From: Gemmatimonadaceae bacterium
Lineage (GTDB): Bacteria > Gemmatimonadota > Gemmatimonadetes > Gemmatimonadales > Gemmatimonadaceae
Assembly (NCBI GenBank): GCA_033763905.1
Contig: JANRJP010000044.1
Span: 15,437 to 79,436, forward strand
Direction of reading: 5' to 3'
Length of the DNA: 64,000 nt
Below the pieces are notes generated by a model that searched no databases, had not been told where the DNA came from, and saw only the letters and a program-made list of their open reading frames with translations. A program made the translations under genes and the position numbers. Of the stretch, positions 59,208 to 64,000 are shown one piece after another (within the stretch, counting starts at the first letter, position 1; each line of letters opens with the position of its first letter).

Positions 59208-60252
59208 ATCGTTGCTGCAGGGTGTCCACCGGCGGTACAACCCGCTCAATGACTCGTGGGTCTTGGTGTCGCCGCACCGCGCGCAGCGGCCGTGGCAGGG
59301 CAAAGTCGAGTCACTGCCCGGCACCGACCGCCCGGCGCACGACCCGTCGTGCTATCTGTGCGCCGGCAACACCCGCGCGAGCGGCGAGGTGAATCCGCCG
59401 TACATCGACACCTACGTCTTCGACAACGATTTCGCCGCACTGACTCCGGGTGGCTCGGCCGGCGCGATCGCCGTCGGCGGCCTGCTCGTGGCGGAGCAGG
59501 AGTCAGGGATCTGCCGGGTCATCTGCTTTTCGCCGCGGCACGACCTCACGCTGGCCGACCTGCCCACGGACGCCATCCGACGCGTCGTCGACACGTGGGT
59601 GAACGAAACCCAGACGCTTGGGGCACGCCCCGAGATCCACTCGGTGCAGATCTTCGAGAACAAGGGCGAGATGATGGGCTGCAGCAACCCGCATCCGCAC
59701 GGGCAGATCTGGGCGCAGCGAACGGTCCCCGATCACGTCGCCACCGAAGGACGACAGCAGGCGCGCCATTTCGCGCAGCACGGTCGTACGATGCTTGCCG
59801 ACTACCTCGCCCTGGAGCGAACGCACCAGGAGCGCGTCGTGTGCGAGAACGAACACTTCAGCACCGTGGTGCCGTTCTGGGCGGTGTGGCCCTTCGAGAC
59901 GCTGGTGATCGCGCGTCGACCGGTCGCGTCCCTGCCCGACCTGACGCACGACGAACGCGACGGCCTCGCCGACATCCTGCGGCGCACCACCGCGCGGTAC
60001 GACCACCTCTTCGGCGTCTCGTTCCCCTACTCGGCCGGCGTGCATCAAGCCCCCACCGATGACCGCCCGCATCCGGAGTGGCACCTCCATTTGCACTTCT
60101 ACCCGCCGCTCCTCCGCTCGGCGACGGTGAAGAAGTTCAGCGTGGGCTACGAAATGCTGGGGATGCCGCAACGCGACATCACCCCGGAGGCGAGCGCGGC
60201 CCGCCTCCGAGAGTGTGCGGAAACGCCGCTCCGCGACTGGACTACGCGATAG
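59197..60252 (+). CDS. galT: UDP-glucose--hexose-1-phosphate uridylyltransferase
   Basis: [40 protein letters not shown] and RSATVKKF. Confidence 0.96.
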   Translation: MTPESLLQGVHRRYNPLNDSWVLVSPHRAQRPWQGKVESLPGTDRPAHDPSCYLCAGNTRASGEVNPPYIDTYVFDNDFAALTPGGSAGAIAVGGLLVAEQESGICRVICFSPRHDLTLADLPTDAIRRVVDTWVNETQTLGARPEIHSVQIFENKGEMMGCSNPHPHGQIWAQRTVPDHVATEGRQQARHFAQHGRTMLADYLALERTHQERVVCENEHFSTVVPFWAVWPFETLVIARRPVASLPDLTHDERDGLADILRRTTARYDHLFGVSFPYSAGVHQAPTDDRPHPEWHLHLHFYPPLLRSATVKKFSVGYEMLGMPQRDITPEASAARLRECAETPLRDWTTR

Positions 60253-63200
60253 GCTTCTTGCCGCCGGCGTGGACCGGCGGCAGCCCATAGCGCTGCAGCA
60301 GGGCGTTGAAGCGGGCCAGTTCGTTGGCTTCGATGCGCTCGAGCTCCTTGAGCTGTCGCTCCAACTGCGCATTGAGCGTCTCGAAGATCTCCCCGTGCTG
60401 CTGCGTCGGCGCGTAGGCGCCGACCTGCAGCTGCATATTCAGCGTGATGAACTTGTTGTAGAGTCGCACCGGCTGATCGAGCGTGCACTGGTCGACGTGA
60501 CAGCCTACCTCGTACAGCGCATCCCGCACCGATTCGAGCTTGGCCCGCACGGCGTTGGCCGAGTCGGTGAGCACGCGCTTGGCTACCGAGTCGTCGGCGC
60601 GACCGGCGCGATCGCTGAGTTGGCGCTGGAAGTCCTCGGTGCGCTTGACGCTTTCCACGATGCGCGTGATGCGCTCGATCGTGCGCCGGGCCGCATCGTA
60701 CTGCGCCACGAGGTCCGCCGTGCTGGTCGTGACGCGCGGGTCGGGTACCACACGGAAGCTGCGCGACATCGTGTCGGTGCCGACGATCAGCCGCACCGAG
60801 TACTGCCCCGGCGGTACCCACGGCCCGCCGAGCGTGCCGTAGTCGATCACCGTGTTGGGGAGCCGCGGCGCGTCGGCCGAGTGCAGATCCCAGACAAAGC
60901 GATTGGTGCCGGCCCGTCGCGGCACGAGGGAATCGGCCGCGGGATACGCCAGACTGTCCGCCGTCGGTGCGGAGTCCGCGCTCGCGAACGAGCGCAGCAC
61001 GTTCCCCTTCGCGTCGAGGAATTGCAGGGTCACGCGCCCGGTCTGCGCGTCGCGAAACCACCAGTCCACGAGCACGCCTCCACGGGGGTTCTCGCCCGTC
61101 CCGCGTCCGCCGCGAGAGCCGCCCCAGAGTACCGCCGTCGCCGGTTGAAAGAGATGCGCCGCCCGCTTGGTCACGCTGTCGGCCAACTGGCGCAGCGGCG
61201 AGAGATCATCGATCACCCAGAACGACCGCCCGTGCGTCGCGGCGATCAGGTCTTGGCCGTGCACCTTGAGATCACGCACGCTGACGCGCGGCAGGTTCAG
61301 TTGCAGCGGCTGCCACCGGGCGCCGTCGTCGAGCGATACCCACACGCCGTACTCGGTGCCGGCATACAGCAAGCCGCGACGCGCCGGATCTTCGCGCACG
61401 ACGCGCGTGTAGGCGGTGCGCGGGATGCCGGCCGTGATCTTGGTCCACGTCGCACCGAAATCATTGCTCTTCCACAGATACGGCGCGTAGTCGTCCTGCT
61501 GGTAGCGATTCGCGGCGATGTACACCGTGCCGGCATCGTGTGGCGACGGGTCGATGTGCGCGGTGCGCGTGAATCGCCCGTAGCCCGGCGGCGTCACGTT
61601 CTTCCACGTGGCACCGCCGTCGCGGGAGACGTGCACGAGCCCGTCATCGGAGCCGGCCCACAGGACACCCTGCTGCTTCGGCGACTCGGCGAATGCGTAG
61701 ATGGTGGCATACCACTCGGCGCCCGTCATCTCACCGTGAATCGGACCGCCGGTGCGCTGCAGCGTGGCGGGGTCACCCTTGGTCAGGTCGCCCGAGATTC
61801 GCTCCCACGACGCGCCTTCCGTGCGGGAACGCCACACGTGCTGCGACGTCACGTACAGCGTGCGCGGGTCGTGCGGCGACACCAGCACCGGGAACGTCCA
61901 CTGGAAGCGCTCGCGCACATCCTTCGCGGCCCATCCGTCCCAGTTGATCTCGGTCACCGAGATGTCGCGCTCCTGCCGCGTGCGGCGGTCGTAGCGCGAC
62001 AACTGGCCGAGATAGCAGCCGCCGTAGGTGATGTTCGGCTCGCGAGGGTCGAACGCGATCGTCGCGTTCTCGCAGCCGGCGACCGAGAAGTAGTCGCGCA
62101 GGCCGATGCCGCCTTCGTCGCCGCGCGACGCCATCGAAATGGCCGAGTTGTCCTGCTGCGCGCCGTAAATGCGATACGGGAACTGCGTGTCGGCGTTGAC
62201 GTGATAGAACTGCGCCGTCGGTTGATTGTGCTGGTCCGACCAGGTCTCGCCGGCGTCGAAGCTCACGCTTGCTCCGCCGTCGTCACCGAGAATCATCCGA
62301 TGTGGATCGGCGGGGTCGATCCACAGGATGTGCGTATCGCCGTGAGGCACCCGCAGCTCCTTGAAGGTGCGTCCGCCGTCGATCGACTTGAGCACCGTCA
62401 GGTTCATCACGTACACGGTGTTCTCGTCGACCGGGTCGGCCGTAACAGCCGAGTAGTACCAGTTCCGCACCCAGAGCCGCGCGTCGTCGTTCATCCGCTC
62501 CCACGTCGCGCCGGCGTCGTCCGACCGGAAGAAGCCGCCCGTGGAATCGGGCGCCTCGATGCTGGCGTAGAGCCGCTGCGGGTTCGTGCGCGAGACGTCG
62601 ATGCCGATCTTGCCCAGCGGCGTCCGGGGAAGCCCGGGGTTCTTCGAGAGCTCGACCCAGCTCTCGCCACCGTCGGTCGTCTTCCAGAGTCCGCTGCGGC
62701 CTCCACCGGCCAGCATCGACCACGGCGTGCGCTGGAACTTGTACGCGGCCGCGTAGAGGATGCGGGGGTTCGAGGGATCGATGGCTAGATCCTGCACGCC
62801 GGTGGAATCGTCGATGAACAGCACCTTCTTCCACGAGCGACCGCCATCGACGCTGCGGAACACGCCGCGCTCGGCGTTGGGGCCGAAGGCGTGGCCGATG
62901 GCCGAGACGAACACCCGATCCGGATCCCGCGGATCCACCACAACGTCGGTGATCTGTTGCGCGTCGCTGAGCCCGAGGTGCTGCCAGCTCGCCCCGGCAT
63001 CGGTGGAGCGGTACATCCCGGTGCCGAACGTGAGGTCTTCGCGCAGCTGCGACTCGCCCGTCCCGACGTACAGCACGTTCGGATCGCTCGGGGCGATGGT
63101 AATGGCACCGACCGACGAGATGTCGGTCTTGCCATCGGTGATGTTCTGCCACGTGACGCCGCCGTTCTGCGTGCGCCACACGCCGCCGTTCACCGACCCC

Positions 63201-63451
63201 ATGTAGAACAGGAACGGCTTGCGCAGATCGCCCACCACCGCGTCCACACGACCGCCGCGGAAAGGGCCGGCCGATCGCCAGCGCAGGGCCTTGAGCGCCT
63301 TGTCGGTCGCCGAGGCGGAGGTGTACAGCGTGGGGTCGTACGGCGGCGAGGCCGCAGCGGGCTCGGCGGGGCGATTTCGCTGGGCACCGAGGGCGGCCGG
63401 CAGCAACGCCGACCAGAGCGCGAATGTCGCGACGTGGCGAAGAGTGTGCAT
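60242..63451 (-). CDS. Secreted BNR-repeat / VPS10-like beta-propeller protein (putative glycosyl hydrolase)
   Basis: [11 protein letters not shown], many SxDGGxTW Asp-box repeats, [14 protein letters not shown] and a C-terminal coiled coil. Confidence 0.85.
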   Translation of the reverse strand: MHTLRHVATFALWSALLPAALGAQRNRPAEPAAASPPYDPTLYTSASATDKALKALRWRSAGPFRGGRVDAVVGDLRKPFLFYMGSVNGGVWRTQNGGVTWQNITDGKTDISSVGAITIAPSDPNVLYVGTGESQLREDLTFGTGMYRSTDAGASWQHLGLSDAQQITDVVVDPRDPDRVFVSAIGHAFGPNAERGVFRSVDGGRSWKKVLFIDDSTGVQDLAIDPSNPRILYAAAYKFQRTPWSMLAGGGRSGLWKTTDGGESWVELSKNPGLPRTPLGKIGIDVSRTNPQRLYASIEAPDSTGGFFRSDDAGATWERMNDDARLWVRNWYYSAVTADPVDENTVYVMNLTVLKSIDGGRTFKELRVPHGDTHILWIDPADPHRMILGDDGGASVSFDAGETWSDQHNQPTAQFYHVNADTQFPYRIYGAQQDNSAISMASRGDEGGIGLRDYFSVAGCENATIAFDPREPNITYGGCYLGQLSRYDRRTRQERDISVTEINWDGWAAKDVRERFQWTFPVLVSPHDPRTLYVTSQHVWRSRTEGASWERISGDLTKGDPATLQRTGGPIHGEMTGAEWYATIYAFAESPKQQGVLWAGSDDGLVHVSRDGGATWKNVTPPGYGRFTRTAHIDPSPHDAGTVYIAANRYQQDDYAPYLWKSNDFGATWTKITAGIPRTAYTRVVREDPARRGLLYAGTEYGVWVSLDDGARWQPLQLNLPRVSVRDLKVHGQDLIAATHGRSFWVIDDLSPLRQLADSVTKRAAHLFQPATAVLWGGSRGGRGTGENPRGGVLVDWWFRDAQTGRVTLQFLDAKGNVLRSFASADSAPTADSLAYPAADSLVPRRAGTNRFVWDLHSADAPRLPNTVIDYGTLGGPWVPPGQYSVRLIVGTDTMSRSFRVVPDPRVTTSTADLVAQYDAARRTIERITRIVESVKRTEDFQRQLSDRAGRADDSVAKRVLTDSANAVRAKLESVRDALYEVGCHVDQCTLDQPVRLYNKFITLNMQLQVGAYAPTQQHGEIFETLNAQLERQLKELERIEANELARFNALLQRYGLPPVHAGGKKPIA

Positions 63452-63534
63452 CCGGCAAGTATGCAGGCCCACGAGCAGGTCGGCCATCGGGGGTAGCCCT
63501 TGCCTTCGTCGCCCGCCCGCGCCACCCTGCATCG

Positions 63535-63768
63535 ATGACCAGCCCCAGAACCCCGGACCCGATGCACGGCGTGACCCTCCAGGCGATCGTCGAGCACCTG
63601 GTCGAGCGGTACGGCTGGGACGGACTGGCGCAGCGCATCACGATTCGCTGCTTCACCCACGACCCGAGCGTGAAGTCGTCGCTCACCTTTCTGCGGCGCA
63701 CGCCGTGGGCACGCGAAAAAGTCGAGTCGCTCTATCGGCACTCGGTGGCGCACCCGCGAAAGTCCTGA
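63535..63768 (+). CDS. VF530 (DUF2132) family small protein
   Basis: HGVTL..YGWDGL..IRCF..DPSVKSSLTFLRRTPWAREKVESLY. Confidence 0.88.
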   Translation: MTSPRTPDPMHGVTLQAIVEHLVERYGWDGLAQRITIRCFTHDPSVKSSLTFLRRTPWAREKVESLYRHSVAHPRKS

Positions 63769-63780
63769 CAGCTTCACTCG

Positions 63781-64000
63781 ATGCTGATTGTCCACGTCTT
63801 CGTGCACGTCCTCCCTGATGCCGTCGAAGCCTTTCGCACGGCCACGCTCGCCAACGCCAGCGCGAGCGTGCAGGAACCCGGCATCGTCCGCTTCGATGTG
63901 TTGCAGCAGGACGACGACCCCACGCGCTTCACGCTGATCGAGGTGTATCGCAGCGACGAGGCGCCGGCCGCTCACAAGGCCACGCCGCATTACGCGGTGT
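63781..64000 (+). CDS. Antibiotic biosynthesis monooxygenase / LsrG-like protein (3'-partial)
   Basis: [39 protein letters not shown], running off the window end. Confidence 0.85.
   Translation, partial: MLIVHVFVHVLPDAVEAFRTATLANASASVQEPGIVRFDVLQQDDDPTRFTLIEVYRSDEAPAAHKATPHYAV

Noticed and set aside
60215..62788. 857-aa plus-strand ORF (and similar shadows at 51699-53855, 21724-23736, 47289-49406)
   Set aside because: They overlap motif-rich genes on the opposite strand and have no recognisable domains.

Overview
GC-rich bacterial window. The gene content (kinase-TolB-like-TPR proteins, DUF1800/DUF1501 pair, BNR-repeat hydrolase) suggests Gemmatimonadota, which is an inference. In order it holds: (1) a GH57/DUF3536 gene followed by an operon of five predicted amide ligases, two esterases and a gamma-glutamyl hydrolase (1-9764); (2) mixed genes including an SPFH lipoprotein, a Ser/Thr kinase and an ArsR regulator with a His-rich partner; (3) a compact type II secretion cluster (19666-29050) flanked by Tat-exported proteins and lipoproteins; (4) an MCP, icd and a sodium:solute symporter; (5) the most interesting block (42887-48722), a stand-alone YcaO, a 59-aa histone-like Lys/Ala-rich peptide with a Ser/Thr-rich tail, a SagB/ThcOx-type oxidase, and a convergent S8 protease plus flavin amine oxidase, which together form a candidate undescribed RiPP or peptide-modification system; (6) a glycoside/galactose operon (GH5-like, GH2, galK, galM, galT) headed by an odd pseudo-5'-nucleotidase with a probable beta-barrel; (7) a BNR/VPS10-like hydrolase and two small genes. 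I recognised no rRNA, tRNA, CRISPR array, transposase or integrase. All family calls come from motifs read by eye, with no database searches.
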